Positions 33,753 through 43,768 of a stretch of DNA of 64,000 bases are shown here, one piece after another. Position 1 is the first letter of the stretch. The number at the start of each line of letters is the position of its first letter. The stretch covers positions 256,001 to 320,000 of the forward strand of contig CAWHHI010000012.1 of assembly GCA_963829055.1 (NCBI GenBank), written 5' to 3'. The position numbers and the translations under genes were made by a program. This DNA comes from an uncultured Gemmatimonadaceae bacterium. GTDB lineage: Bacteria; Gemmatimonadota; Gemmatimonadetes; Gemmatimonadales; Gemmatimonadaceae. The notes under the pieces were generated by a model. It was not told the origin of the DNA. It made no database searches and saw only the letters and a program-made list of their open reading frames with translations.

Positions 33753-34523
33753 CTACGATTTCGCATTGCGAGATAATGGTTTGTCGCCGGAGTGAATCGC
33801 CGCCACGCCGAGCGTCAACGATTCCCAGCGCACGTCGACGAAGCCGGCGTCGCGCATGGCCCCCGCAAGCGCTTCCTGCACCGGAAACCTGGCCACGGAT
33901 TCGGGAAGGTAGCGATACGCGGTGCGATGCCCGCTCACCACGCGGCCCACAGCCGGGAGCACGGCGTGGAAATACGCGTGGTACGCGCCCCGAACGATGG
34001 TCGAGCGCGGCGTCGAGAACTCGAGAATGACGAAGCGGCCGCCCGGCTCGAGAACCCGGTACACCTCTGACAGCGCGTCCGTCAGCGTGGCGACGTTGCG
34101 GATGCCGAACGCGACGATCGCGCCAGCGACGCTGTCACCGGCCAGCGGCAATTCCACGGCGTCAGCCGTAACGGGCGCCACGAGAACGCGAGGGGCCTTC
34201 GCCAGACCGGCGCGGAGCATGGGCTCGGCGAAGTCGGTTCCGAGCACCAGGCCTCGAAAGCCGCGGGTTCGTGACAGCTCCGCGGCGACATCCAGCGTGC
34301 CGGCGCAGAGGTCGACGAACACGCCGCCTGGCCGCCGAGTAGGATCGAGGATGGCAATCGCCCGACGCCGCCAGCGCCGGTCGATATTGAAGCTGAGCAG
34401 ATGGTTCAGCAGATCGTAGCGCGGCGCAATCTCCGAGAAGATGCGACGCACGTACGCGCGCTTCTCGGCACCACCGGCCGCAGCGGCGCGTGCTTCGGTC
34501 GTCTCGAGATCTATTGGTGGCAT
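33753..34523 (-). CDS. ubiE: Ubiquinone/menaquinone biosynthesis methyltransferase
   Basis: FSEIAPRYDLLNHLLSF, DLCAGT, AFGIRNV, PGGRFVILEFS, AYRYLPES. Confidence 0.93.
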   Translation of the reverse strand: MPPIDLETTEARAAAAGGAEKRAYVRRIFSEIAPRYDLLNHLLSFNIDRRWRRRAIAILDPTRRPGGVFVDLCAGTLDVAAELSRTRGFRGLVLGTDFAEPMLRAGLAKAPRVLVAPVTADAVELPLAGDSVAGAIVAFGIRNVATLTDALSEVYRVLEPGGRFVILEFSTPRSTIVRGAYHAYFHAVLPAVGRVVSGHRTAYRYLPESVARFPVQEALAGAMRDAGFVDVRWESLTLGVAAIHSGDKPLSRNAKS

Positions 34524-34676
34524 TCGCTCGAAAGGTGGACGGCCACGCAAGGCCAATCAAGCGCCGTTGTCACGCAGTCGTCACCCCGCACGCTGGATTG
34601 GCGGACCAAGCATAAGTAGCTTCCTCGAATCGCCGGCGACGCTTCGACCTCTCGGGCTGCCGCCGTCGTCCCCTGC

Positions 34677-35285
34677 ATGGCGCCATCACTCGACTTAGCG
34701 ACTCTCCCGGATGCCGACGTCGTCACGCTCGCCCAGCAAGGGCGGGAGGCGGCGTTCCGGGAGCTTCTCCGTCGATACGAGCGTCCGGTTTTCTCCCTGA
34801 TTTTCCGTATGGTTCGTGACCGCGAGATCTCCGAGGATCTCGCGCAGGACACCTTCATCAAGGTGTTGAACCATATCGACCGGTACCGGCCGGAGTTCAA
34901 GCTCTCGAGCTGGCTGTTCAAGATCGCCAACAACGTCGCCATCGATTACCTGCGGAAGCGGCAGCTGGATACGGTCAGCATCGACGGGTCGCCGCACGCG
35001 TCCACCGCCTCCGAGGTCGAGGCGACGTCGTTCGACCTCGCCGCGCGCCAGGAGTCGGCGCTGGACGAGATGGAAGCGCGCGAGCTCGGGACCGCGATCG
35101 AGAGAGCCATCGCTCGGCTCCGGCCTGAGTACCGTTCGTGCATCATGCTCCGCCACGTGGAAGGCCGTTCGTACGAAGAGATTGCCGCGACGCTCGATCT
35201 GCCACTTGGCACCGTGAAGACCTACATCCATCGCGCACGCCACGAACTGCGAGAGGCGCTCGAGCACGTAAAGGGATCCGGGTAG
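34677..35285 (+). CDS. ECF RNA polymerase sigma-70 factor (SigW/RpoE-like)
   Basis: EDLAQDTFIK, SWLFKIANN, SYEEIAATLDLPLGTVKTYIHRAR. Confidence 0.94.
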   Translation: MAPSLDLATLPDADVVTLAQQGREAAFRELLRRYERPVFSLIFRMVRDREISEDLAQDTFIKVLNHIDRYRPEFKLSSWLFKIANNVAIDYLRKRQLDTVSIDGSPHASTASEVEATSFDLAARQESALDEMEARELGTAIERAIARLRPEYRSCIMLRHVEGRSYEEIAATLDLPLGTVKTYIHRARHELREALEHVKGSG

Positions 35286-35349
35286 CTGTGTCGCCGATCA
35301 CCCTGAAACCTCGTCACTTACCCGCCCGTACGGCCCGGCTGGAGGATTT

Positions 35350-35934
35350 GTGAAACACAGGCACCTACTTCCCGACGAAATCGATCAGCTCCTCGACGGC
35401 GAGGCCGGATTCGGCCTCGCGCCGCTGCATGCGCACGTCGAGAGCTGTGCCGAATGTCGCGCCGAGCTGGCTGAGGCCCGACAAGTAGTGAGCGCGCTCG
35501 AGCGATTGCCTCACCTTGCCCCGTCACCGCACTTCAGCGACCGGGTAATGTCGCAGGTCCAGGTCTTCGAGCCCTGGCACGTCTCCGCCGCCGATAGCGC
35601 CAGGCGCTGGCTTCCAGCCTCCCGGTCGGCTCGTGCGATCGGCCTGGCGGCGGCCTCCGTGGTCGCGCTGGTGGTCTCGATTGGGGCGGTCTGGATGGCG
35701 GTCCGGTTGGACGCCTTCCTGTTCTTCTTCGATCTGGCGGGTCAGCGTGCTCGCGCCGCGATGTTCGACTCGGTGGGCGGTGCCATCGCGAACACGTTCG
35801 GCGCGACCGCGGTCGATGCGCTTCGAGCCGGCGGGATGACCGCTGCGCTCGGGGTTACCGGATTCCTCGCATTGGTCATTCTGGCGGCGTTCGGCCTTCG
35901 GGCGCTCGTCGCTACCCGCCGCCGTCGGACCTGA
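35350..35934 (+). CDS. Zinc-binding (ZAS/zf-HC2) membrane anti-sigma factor
   Basis: HVESCAEC motif, two TM helices, directly after the ECF sigma gene. Confidence 0.8.
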   Translation: MKHRHLLPDEIDQLLDGEAGFGLAPLHAHVESCAECRAELAEARQVVSALERLPHLAPSPHFSDRVMSQVQVFEPWHVSAADSARRWLPASRSARAIGLAAASVVALVVSIGAVWMAVRLDAFLFFFDLAGQRARAAMFDSVGGAIANTFGATAVDALRAGGMTAALGVTGFLALVILAAFGLRALVATRRRRT

Positions 35935-35936
35935 CA

Positions 35937-37157
35937 ATGCGTGCAGCGATTCTGGCGCTGATCCTCGCGGTCCCTCGGGTGCCGCTGATGGCTCAGCAGG
36001 CCAAGGCCATCCCGGCTCCGCCAGCGAGCCCGACACCCGCGTCTGCGCCAGCGCAGTCTGCCACCGCCGCCACGTCAGCGCCGCGAGTCGTCGAGGCGCC
36101 TGGACCCCAGGCGCAGCCTCTCTCGGCAGCGGCTATCGATTCACTGCGTGAGTTGGTGAACAAGGCCCGCAGGGATCCGGACGTCGGGGCGTTGCCCGGG
36201 AACGATGACGTTGCGATGGGAGGCCGAACCATTGCCGCGAACACCCAAGCTGCCGGCCCCATCGCCGTCGCTGGTGGGCCGCTGCACGTGTTCGGCACCA
36301 TCAACGGCGATGCGATGGCGATCGGCAGCGACGTGATCATTCACCCCGGTGGCCGCATCACGGGCAACGCCGTGTCCGCGTTAGGCAAGGTGACGCTGCT
36401 GGCGGGCGGAACCGTCGACGGCGAGATGCGCCAGCTGGCGGGCCCGTTGGGCAGGGTGTCCACGGCGACCGCGGTCGCCGCGAGTCCGATGACCGCGACA
36501 CGGAACGCACTGGCGCTGTCGTCGAGCTGGTTGGTCATCCTCGTGCTCATCGGCATTGGCGTCCTCGTGTTCGCCGGCAACTATCTCGAAGGTGTCGTCG
36601 AGTCCCTCGAGGGCCGGTTCGGGCGATCGTTCTGGGCGGGCATCGCCGCACAGCTCGCGCTCGCGCCCGCGCTCGCGCTACTCGTCGTTGCGCTTGCCGT
36701 CACGATACTCGGCGTTCTCCTCATTCCGTTCGCGATCGTCGCGTTCATTCTCGCGGTCGCGGGCCTCGTCACGCTCGGGTTCCTGGCCGTGGCCTGTATC
36801 ACGGGCGAGTCGATCTCGCCAGGTGCGAGCAAGAAGTACCACGCGCGCGGCGCAGCGTTACGCGGATTGGTGGTCGGCGTGACGCTGTACATGGGCCTCT
36901 GGGTTCTGGCGTCCGCATTCGCGTGGGCGCCGATGATCGAGACTGTGCTCCGCGGAGTCGCCGTGGCGATCACATGGGTCGCCGCAACCGCCGGTCTCGG
37001 CGCCGCGGTGCTCTCGCGCGGTGGCACCCGGCGTTCGCTCTCGGTGCCCGAGGTACTCGCGCCAGTAAACGACGTGCCTTGGCAGACGCCAACTCCGGTC
37101 ACAGGCGTCGTCGCGGCGCGCCGGCCAACGCCATCGTCGACGGCCCGCGAGCGATGA
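35937..37157 (+). CDS. Membrane protein with beta-helix (bactofilin-like) exported domain and several TM helices
   Basis: GTINGDAMAIGSDVII, GRITGNAVSALGKV, GTVDGE repeats followed by a hydrophobic C-terminal half. Confidence 0.7.
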   Translation: MRAAILALILAVPRVPLMAQQAKAIPAPPASPTPASAPAQSATAATSAPRVVEAPGPQAQPLSAAAIDSLRELVNKARRDPDVGALPGNDDVAMGGRTIAANTQAAGPIAVAGGPLHVFGTINGDAMAIGSDVIIHPGGRITGNAVSALGKVTLLAGGTVDGEMRQLAGPLGRVSTATAVAASPMTATRNALALSSSWLVILVLIGIGVLVFAGNYLEGVVESLEGRFGRSFWAGIAAQLALAPALALLVVALAVTILGVLLIPFAIVAFILAVAGLVTLGFLAVACITGESISPGASKKYHARGAALRGLVVGVTLYMGLWVLASAFAWAPMIETVLRGVAVAITWVAATAGLGAAVLSRGGTRRSLSVPEVLAPVNDVPWQTPTPVTGVVAARRPTPSSTARER

Positions 37158-38009
37158 GGCTGCGCTCGCCGTGTTTCGCCGGCGTCGTGCTCGGGACGTT
37201 CGTCGGCGCTCTCCCCGTTGCCGCTCAGAACTGGCGCACACTGGATGTCTCGCGCCAGCTCGCGGACTCGACGGCCGCGGCGGTTCGCGTCGTGTATGGC
37301 ACGGGAACGTTCGGCCTTCGCGGCACGGCGAGCCCTCTGCTGTATCACATGCAGCTGCGCTATGACCGCGAACGCACGAAGCCGCGCCACACGTTCAACC
37401 CTTCGACTCGGGAACTGCAGATCGGCGTCGACAAATCCGATATGCGATTCACCGGTCGTGGTGACGAATGAGCAGGCGCACCTGCAGCTCGAGCTCTCGC
37501 GCACGACGCCAATGGATCTATCGCTCGATCTGGGTGCCGTCGAAGCCGATCTCGATCTCACCGGGTTACGCCTGTCGCGCTTCCACATCGAGTCGGGCGC
37601 GAGCGACGGAAAAATCCGCTTCGACTCGCTGAACGCGACGCGCATGAGCGCGCTCGACGTCTCGCTCGGCGCAGCCAGCTTTCGCGCTGAACGGCTCGCG
37701 AACGCGAACACGCCGTCGATTCGCGTCGACGCGGGAGTGGGCAACGTCGAGCTCGACATGAGCGGCCAGTGGACGCAGGATGTCGAGCTCCGTGTCGAGG
37801 TCGCGCTGGGATTCGTGACGATCCACGTGCCGGCCGACGTTGGCGTGCGTGTAACGCTGGAGAAGACGTTCGCGTCGTTCGACCACGAAGGCCTCGTCGA
37901 GCGCGACGGCGCCTGGGTGTCGCGCAACTGGGAAACCGCCCCTCACAAGCTGCGGGTATCAGCCGAGACCGTCTTCGGAAAGCTGAGCATCGACAGGACT
38001 GGTCGATAA
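37154..38009 (+). CDS. Exported hypothetical beta-repeat protein (LiaF/toast-rack-like); frameshift near 37460
   Basis: Signal peptide; repeated LSLDLGAVEADLDL, IRVDAGVGNVELD, VEVALGFVTIHVP. Confidence 0.65.
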
Positions 38010-38072
38010 AGCCAGACCGCCACGCGCGCACACCGTTTGCCCTTGGTACGCTCCACACGCTTGGAGCGGCAC

Positions 38073-39029
38073 ATGGTGGTGATGGGGTACAAGGTCCAGC
38101 CTCTCGTGAAAAGGGCGCTCACGGAGATCATGGATGACAACCTGCTCGGGCTCTCGGCGCAGACAGCGTACTACTTCTTTTTCTCGCTGTTCCCGATGCT
38201 CCTGTTCGTCGCTCCGCTGCTGAGCCTCGTCGGGAACAAGCAGGAAACGTTCGGCCTCCTCGCCGGACAACTCCAACAAGTAGTGCCGAGCGAGGGCTGG
38301 TCGCTCATCGGTGGCGTGATCACCGACGTCGTGTACGCGAAGAATGCCCCTGGCCTCATGTCCGTGGGCGCGCTACTCGCGATCTGGGCTGGCTCCAACG
38401 TTTTCAGCGCGTTGATCGACGCGTTGAACGCTGCGTACGACGTCAAGGACACGCGCCCGTGGTGGAAGAAGAAGCTGATCGCGATGGCAAGTGTGCTCGT
38501 CACCGGCCTCATCCTGCTCGTGGCGACCGTACTGATTCTCGGCGGTGATACTCTGGCGGACTTCGTCGCCGACCGACTCGCGTTCGGGGCGACGGCGCGC
38601 GCTGCGTGGACGTACCTGCAGATGCCGATCGCGTTCGCGATGCTCGTGGCGATCGCGGCACTCTCGTATTACTTCCTGCCGAACCTCCGCCAGAGCAAGC
38701 GGCAGGTACTCGTTGGTGCCGTCTTCACGACCATGGCCTGGGCGGTCGTAACGTTCGCGTTCCGTGCCTACGTGACGAATTTCGCGAACTACAACGCCAC
38801 CTACGGCGCCATCGGTGGGGTGATCGTTCTCCTCACGTGGATGTACTTCTCGATGCTGGTGTTTCTGATCGGCGGCGAGATCAACGCCGAGCTGCATCAA
38901 GGCACGGGGGCGGTGGCGTCTCGACCGGGGTTGATGTACGGCGGCCGTATCGAAACCGGGACAGCGGCGGGCGTATCGTCCGTGGAACGCGTGGAGCGCG
39001 TCGAGCCGTTAGGCGCGCGGCGGACGTAG
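38073..39029 (+). CDS. YihY/BrkB family membrane protein
   Basis: AYYFFFSLFP, ALNAAYDV, NYNATYGAIGGVIVLLTWMY, GGEINA. Confidence 0.9.
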   Translation: MVVMGYKVQPLVKRALTEIMDDNLLGLSAQTAYYFFFSLFPMLLFVAPLLSLVGNKQETFGLLAGQLQQVVPSEGWSLIGGVITDVVYAKNAPGLMSVGALLAIWAGSNVFSALIDALNAAYDVKDTRPWWKKKLIAMASVLVTGLILLVATVLILGGDTLADFVADRLAFGATARAAWTYLQMPIAFAMLVAIAALSYYFLPNLRQSKRQVLVGAVFTTMAWAVVTFAFRAYVTNFANYNATYGAIGGVIVLLTWMYFSMLVFLIGGEINAELHQGTGAVASRPGLMYGGRIETGTAAGVSSVERVERVEPLGARRT

Positions 39030-39764
39030 CACGACAGGAGTGCCGCGCGCGATGACCAGAGCGCGCGCGGCACTCCCGTCACGCTGCGCCACCTCGACGA
39101 ACCCGCTCGACCCCACGAGCGCCACCAGCTGTCCGACGGGCGTGTCCGCGTATGTCCTCATGATCGGCAGCACGCGACCACTGATCTCGACGCTTCCGCC
39201 TCGCGGCGCGATGAGATTACTGATCGCGTTTCCGAAGCGATCGATCGCGATCACTTCGCCGATGACCGACCCGTTGTCGCCTCGACGTGCTTCGGGTGTT
39301 CGACGAATCACCGGATCGAGGCACGCGGCACCGAGCGTGTCGATCGACATGCCGCCGACGAGACTCGCGGCCGCAGGCGCAAAGACATCACGCCCGTGAA
39401 ACGTGGGAGCGGCGAGTGCCGGCACGCGTAACGACACGGCGCGGGATCCACCCGCGAGCAGTGACGGGCTGAGAACACCGTTGTCGGGACCGACGAGGAA
39501 ACGGCCTTCGCTGCTCACCGCGAGCGCAGCACGTGCCGACCCGACACCGGGGTCGACGACCACGACGTGCACCGTTCCCGCTGGAAATCGGCGCCAGTAC
39601 CGCGCGACCGCGAGGCGCGCCGTCTCGATGTCCTGGGGCGGAATGTCGTGCGAGAGGTCGACCACTACGGCATCCGGTGCCGTCGATGCGAGTACGCCCT
39701 TGATCTCGGCGACATAGCCGTCGGCGGTGCCGAAGTCGGTGAGAAGCGTGATGGTCGGCCGCAT
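39009..39764 (-). CDS. SAM hydroxide adenosyltransferase (DUF62, chlorinase/fluorinase family)
   Basis: ITLLTDFG, VVDPGVGSAR, GPDNG, TFHGRDVFAPAAA, IDRFGN. Confidence 0.92.
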   Translation of the reverse strand: MRPTITLLTDFGTADGYVAEIKGVLASTAPDAVVVDLSHDIPPQDIETARLAVARYWRRFPAGTVHVVVVDPGVGSARAALAVSSEGRFLVGPDNGVLSPSLLAGGSRAVSLRVPALAAPTFHGRDVFAPAAASLVGGMSIDTLGAACLDPVIRRTPEARRGDNGSVIGEVIAIDRFGNAISNLIAPRGGSVEISGRVLPIMRTYADTPVGQLVALVGSSGFVEVAQRDGSAARALVIARGTPVVLRPPRA

Positions 39765-39767
39765 GCG

Positions 39768-41210
39768 CTACACGGATTTGCGCTTCCAGCCGCCGGCGCG
39801 CCAGAGGGCAATCATCGCCACGCCGCGCGCCGCCGCCGTCAGCGAGATGGTCCACCAGATACCGTCGACGCCCCAGCGTTCCGCCGCCCACCATGCAAGG
39901 GGAATGCGCAACACCGTGAGCGTCGTCGATGTCAGCATGGGCGGAATGGTGTGGCCTGCCCCGCCAAGCGCGCCCTCCAGCACTATCTCGGCGCATACCG
40001 TGAGATCAGCGATCGCGCCGATGCGCAGGTAGCGGGCGGCGACGTCGACGACTGCGGGGTCCGACGTGAAGAGCCCAGCCAGCTGTGCCGGAATGAGCAG
40101 CGCCGCCACGGCCGCGACACAGGCCGGGCCAGTCGCGTACCCCAGGGTGACCCATCCTGCTCGCTCGGCGCGATCTGGCCGCCCCGCGCCCAGGTTCTGG
40201 CCGACGATCGCGGCGGCAGCCGCGCCGAAGCCGACACCAATCGTGTACAACCAGCTCTCTACGCGGTGTCCCAGACCTAACGCGGCAAGCGCTGGGGTTC
40301 CGAACTGCGTGGTGGTGCGCGTCAGGGCGACGTAAATGAGCGAGAACATGATGCCTGTCAGCGCCGTGGGCAGCCCGACGCGCGCGATCGATGCGATCGT
40401 CGGCCAGGTCACTCGTCGTACGCGCATCAACCCGCGCTGAGCGAGGATCACAACGCCGGCAATGAAGGCGCCACTGCGCGTCAGGAGCAACGCGATCGCG
40501 GCGCCGGCGATCCCGAGCTTCGGCGCGCCCCACAGGCCGAGGATCAACACCGGGTCGAGCGTCAGCGTGCACAGCGTGGACACGAGCAGCAACACGAACG
40601 GCGTGCGCGTGTCGCCCGACGCCCGGAACGCGGCGTCGACGGCGAAGTAGCCGTAGATGAGCGGCGCGCCCATCAAGTAGATCCTGAGGTAGTCGCGCCC
40701 GAGCGCCGTAACCTCTGGCGGCGTCTGCATGACGGCGAACAGACGTTCCACGTTCAGGGCACCCACGATGCCGATCACCGCGCCTAACGCGACCGAGAAA
40801 ACCACGGCCTCGCCCACGATGCGCGCCGCTTCCGCTGGCCGACGCTCGCCGTGCCGGCGCGCCGCGACCGCCGTCAGTCCCACACTCACCATCTCGGCGA
40901 GTGCTATGACCATCCAGATCCAGAACACTGCCGTGGACACGGCCGCGAGACCGCTCGCACCGATTCGAGTGCCAACCCAGAAGGCGTCGACAGAGGCGAA
41001 CACCGTCATCAGCACGTTCGACGCGACCGCCGGCAAGGCGAGACGGCGGATCACGACGGCCAGCGGATCTCGCACGACGCTCGACGCAGCCGCGGGACCG
41101 TTCAGCGAGACGGTCGCGGCGCCATCGTGAGCCTCGAACGGCAACGCGGCCGACGGAGTCATCTCCGGCGGCCGCGCGACTTCATCCTGTCGAAGCTCGC
41201 GCCTCGTCAC
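39768..41210 (-). CDS. MATE family efflux transporter
   Basis: RLALPA, FRASGDTRTP, LDPVLI, LGIAGAA, VGQNLGAG. Confidence 0.92.
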   Translation of the reverse strand: MTRRELRQDEVARPPEMTPSAALPFEAHDGAATVSLNGPAAASSVVRDPLAVVIRRLALPAVASNVLMTVFASVDAFWVGTRIGASGLAAVSTAVFWIWMVIALAEMVSVGLTAVAARRHGERRPAEAARIVGEAVVFSVALGAVIGIVGALNVERLFAVMQTPPEVTALGRDYLRIYLMGAPLIYGYFAVDAAFRASGDTRTPFVLLLVSTLCTLTLDPVLILGLWGAPKLGIAGAAIALLLTRSGAFIAGVVILAQRGLMRVRRVTWPTIASIARVGLPTALTGIMFSLIYVALTRTTTQFGTPALAALGLGHRVESWLYTIGVGFGAAAAAIVGQNLGAGRPDRAERAGWVTLGYATGPACVAAVAALLIPAQLAGLFTSDPAVVDVAARYLRIGAIADLTVCAEIVLEGALGGAGHTIPPMLTSTTLTVLRIPLAWWAAERWGVDGIWWTISLTAAARGVAMIALWRAGGWKRKSV

Positions 41211-42343
41211 CGCTCGGCAGTCGCTACCAGCGCCGCTGCAACACGCTCGGCCAGTGCCCGGAGCGCTCGAGAGGCCGAGGATTCCGGCTCGGCAACGATG
41301 ATCGGCGTACCGCGATCTCCACCTTCGTGCACGCGTGGATCCAGCGGAATCTCGCCGAGCAGCGGAAGCTCCAACTCATCCGCCAGCCGCTTCCCGCCGC
41401 CAGTGCCGAAGATCGCAGTCGGCTTACCACAGTGAGGACACTCGAACCAGCTCATGTTCTCGACGATCCCCAGCACGGGAACATTCACGCGCTGGAACAT
41501 CTTCGCGCCGCGGAGCGCGTCGCCCGTCGAGACGTCCTGCGGCGTGGTCACGATGATCGCGCCATGGACGTGCGTCGCCTGAACGAGCGAGAGTTGTGCG
41601 TCACCGGTGCCTGGTGGCATGTCGACCAGGAAGTAGTCGAGCTGTCCCCATGCCACATCACGCAGGAACTGCGTGACGATCTTCATGACGATGGGACCGC
41701 GCCAGATGGCCGGCTGATCCCGCTCGATGAGAAAACCCAGGCTGATCAGCTTCACCCCGTGCGCTTCCAGGGGGATGATCTTTTCGTCGACGACGGGTGG
41801 CGGTGCGTTCACGCCCATCATACGGGGCACGTTAGGCCCGTAGACATCCGCGTCCATGAGGCCGACGCGCGCTCCCGTAGCCGCGAGGGCGACCGCGAGA
41901 TTGGTCGCCACAGTCGACTTGCCGACGCCGCCCTTGCCGCTCGACACCGCGATGATGCGTCCGAGCGCCGGGTACGAAACAGGCGTGGGCGCCGACGGGC
42001 GCGGCGCAGCAGCAGGCGCCGCGTTCATGACGGGAAGCGCACGCGCCGACGGCGCCGCAGGCGGCGGCGCGTGCTTCGCGGCGGGGCGGGCGTTCGATTC
42101 GGACGCGTCCTTCACGTCGACGAGCACGTCGACGACGCCGTCGACACTGGCAATCGCCTCGCGAACGTCTCGCACGAGCGTGGCCGGATCGCTCGGCGAC
42201 AGGAGCATCGTTAGGCGTACCTTGCCGGTCGTGGTCGTCGCGATGTCGCGGACCATCTCGGCAACCAGCACATTGAGCCCGGTACGCGGGTTGATCACCG
42301 TCGCGAGCGCGTTGGCGATCCCTTCCTGAAGGGTCTGACTCAT
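41207..42343 (-). CDS. mrp: Mrp/NBP35 (ApbC) iron-sulfur cluster carrier ATPase
   Basis: SGKGGVGKST, DADVYGP, WRGP, DMPPGTGD, TTPQ, ENMS..CPHC. Confidence 0.95.
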   Translation of the reverse strand: MSQTLQEGIANALATVINPRTGLNVLVAEMVRDIATTTTGKVRLTMLLSPSDPATLVRDVREAIASVDGVVDVLVDVKDASESNARPAAKHAPPPAAPSARALPVMNAAPAAAPRPSAPTPVSYPALGRIIAVSSGKGGVGKSTVATNLAVALAATGARVGLMDADVYGPNVPRMMGVNAPPPVVDEKIIPLEAHGVKLISLGFLIERDQPAIWRGPIVMKIVTQFLRDVAWGQLDYFLVDMPPGTGDAQLSLVQATHVHGAIIVTTPQDVSTGDALRGAKMFQRVNVPVLGIVENMSWFECPHCGKPTAIFGTGGGKRLADELELPLLGEIPLDPRVHEGGDRGTPIIVAEPESSASRALRALAERVAAALVATAER

Positions 42344-42350
42344 CGAGCGA

Positions 42351-42611
42351 TCACGTCTGGATCCTGCGCACGTCTTTCACCTCAGGTACCCGCGCGCGCA
42401 GATGAGCGCCGATCCCCTCCATCATGTTGGCCGCCGACAGGTCGCAGTCGGGGCAGTCTCCTTCCACACGCAGCGCGGCGGTTCCCGTGTGCTCCTCGAA
42501 CTGTACCAGCTCGATCGTTGCTTCCATGTGGAGCAGCGCGCGAATCTCGCCCAGCGTCTCTCGTATGCGATCGTCGACGTCGTTGTCTCCGCGAGTACCC
42601 CGCGTGAACAT
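42351..42611 (-). CDS. NifU C-terminal domain family protein
   Basis: GDCPDC motif, ARVPEVKDV tail, upstream of mrp. Confidence 0.8.
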   Translation of the reverse strand: MFTRGTRGDNDVDDRIRETLGEIRALLHMEATIELVQFEEHTGTAALRVEGDCPDCDLSAANMMEGIGAHLRARVPEVKDVRRIQT

Positions 42612-43660
42612 CAGACGAGCACCTCCTTCATCGTCGGACCGGCGTTGGATACGAAGGCACGTGCTGCCGAAATTACTCGCAGGCGCACGTCCTCCATGGT
42701 ACCGGGAATCAGCGCGCCCGCGGCCTTCGCGTGCCCGCCCCCACCGAACGTTCGTGCAAACCGGTTCACGTCGACATCCCCGGTACTCCGAAACGACACC
42801 TTGACCTTGCCGTAGCCCAGATCGCGGAAGAACAGCGCGAGGCGCGTGCCGGAAATGGAGCGCGGGTGCTCGACGATGCCCTCGAGATCCTCAGAGCTCA
42901 CATCGTAGCGATCGAGCGCATCGGCAGGGACGGAGATCCAGGCAATGCCGTAGTCGCGATCGACCTCGAGCGTACTCAGAGCGTCACGCAGGAGCGCCAG
43001 GCGGCCGGGCGAGACGGACGCGTAGATGCGCCGGTACATCTCCTCCGGGTCCACGCCTGCGGCAAGGAGTTGCCCGGCGATCGCATGCGCGCGCGGCGTC
43101 GTGTTGCTGAAGCGAAAGCCACCGGTGTCGGTGAGAATCGCGCAGTAGAGCGCCGTCGCGATCGGCTCGCTGAGCTCGAGGCCAAGCACAGACGCGAAAT
43201 CGAAGACCAGTTCGCCCGTGGCACACGCCGTCGTGTCGGAGACCATGATGTCTCCGGCCGGCTCGTCCGTGGTGATGTGGTGATCGATGACGAGCCGAGG
43301 CACGTCGAGCTTGCGGACCGCGTCGGCGAGGCCACCGAGCCGCTTCACGTCACTCACGTCGAGCACGATCAGCGCGTCGAGCGGAGTGAGTGCGGCCGTG
43401 CCCTTGGCCGTATGGTCGACGAGGTCGTCGCCGAGCAGGAAGGAGAACGTCGCCGGCCACGGAGTCGGGTTCACGATGCGGGACTCGATCCCCATCTGGC
43501 GAAGCAGCCGAGAGAGGCCGGCAACCGAGCCGCACGCGTCGCCGTCGGCATTCATGTGCGTCGATAGCACCACGCGCTGGCCTGCCTTCAGCTCGGCGGC
43601 GAGACGTTCGATCGCGACTTGACGCTGCGCTGGAGGTTTGATGAGATCGGAGGGATGCAC
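42611..43660 (-). CDS. nrnA: DHH/DHHA1 oligoribonuclease-PAP phosphatase
   Basis: THMNADGD, IDHH, TDTGGFRF, KVSFRS, GGGGHAKAAG. Confidence 0.9.
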   Translation of the reverse strand: MHPSDLIKPPAQRQVAIERLAAELKAGQRVVLSTHMNADGDACGSVAGLSRLLRQMGIESRIVNPTPWPATFSFLLGDDLVDHTAKGTAALTPLDALIVLDVSDVKRLGGLADAVRKLDVPRLVIDHHITTDEPAGDIMVSDTTACATGELVFDFASVLGLELSEPIATALYCAILTDTGGFRFSNTTPRAHAIAGQLLAAGVDPEEMYRRIYASVSPGRLALLRDALSTLEVDRDYGIAWISVPADALDRYDVSSEDLEGIVEHPRSISGTRLALFFRDLGYGKVKVSFRSTGDVDVNRFARTFGGGGHAKAAGALIPGTMEDVRLRVISAARAFVSNAGPTMKEVLV

Positions 43661-43674
43661 GATCAGCGTTCGGG

Positions 43675-43710
43675 AAAAAAAGCGAAGCGGCGCCTCACGT
43701 GAGGCGCCGC
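43675..43710 (-). terminator. Rho-independent terminator downstream of the amino acid permease
   Basis: Perfect 24-bp palindrome GCGGCGCCTCACGTGAGGCGCCGC (43687-43710) followed on the minus strand by TTCGCTTTTTTT. Confidence 0.7.
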
Positions 43711-43768
43711 CACAAAACATAACCCCTACGGGCGGCCGGTGCTTGCAGCACCGGCCCTGAAATACCCC

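Noticed and set aside
39009..39764. Fluorinase/chlorinase implying halometabolite biosynthesis
   Set aside because: No biosynthetic cluster surrounds it; the widespread DUF62 SAM hydrolase is the simpler assignment.
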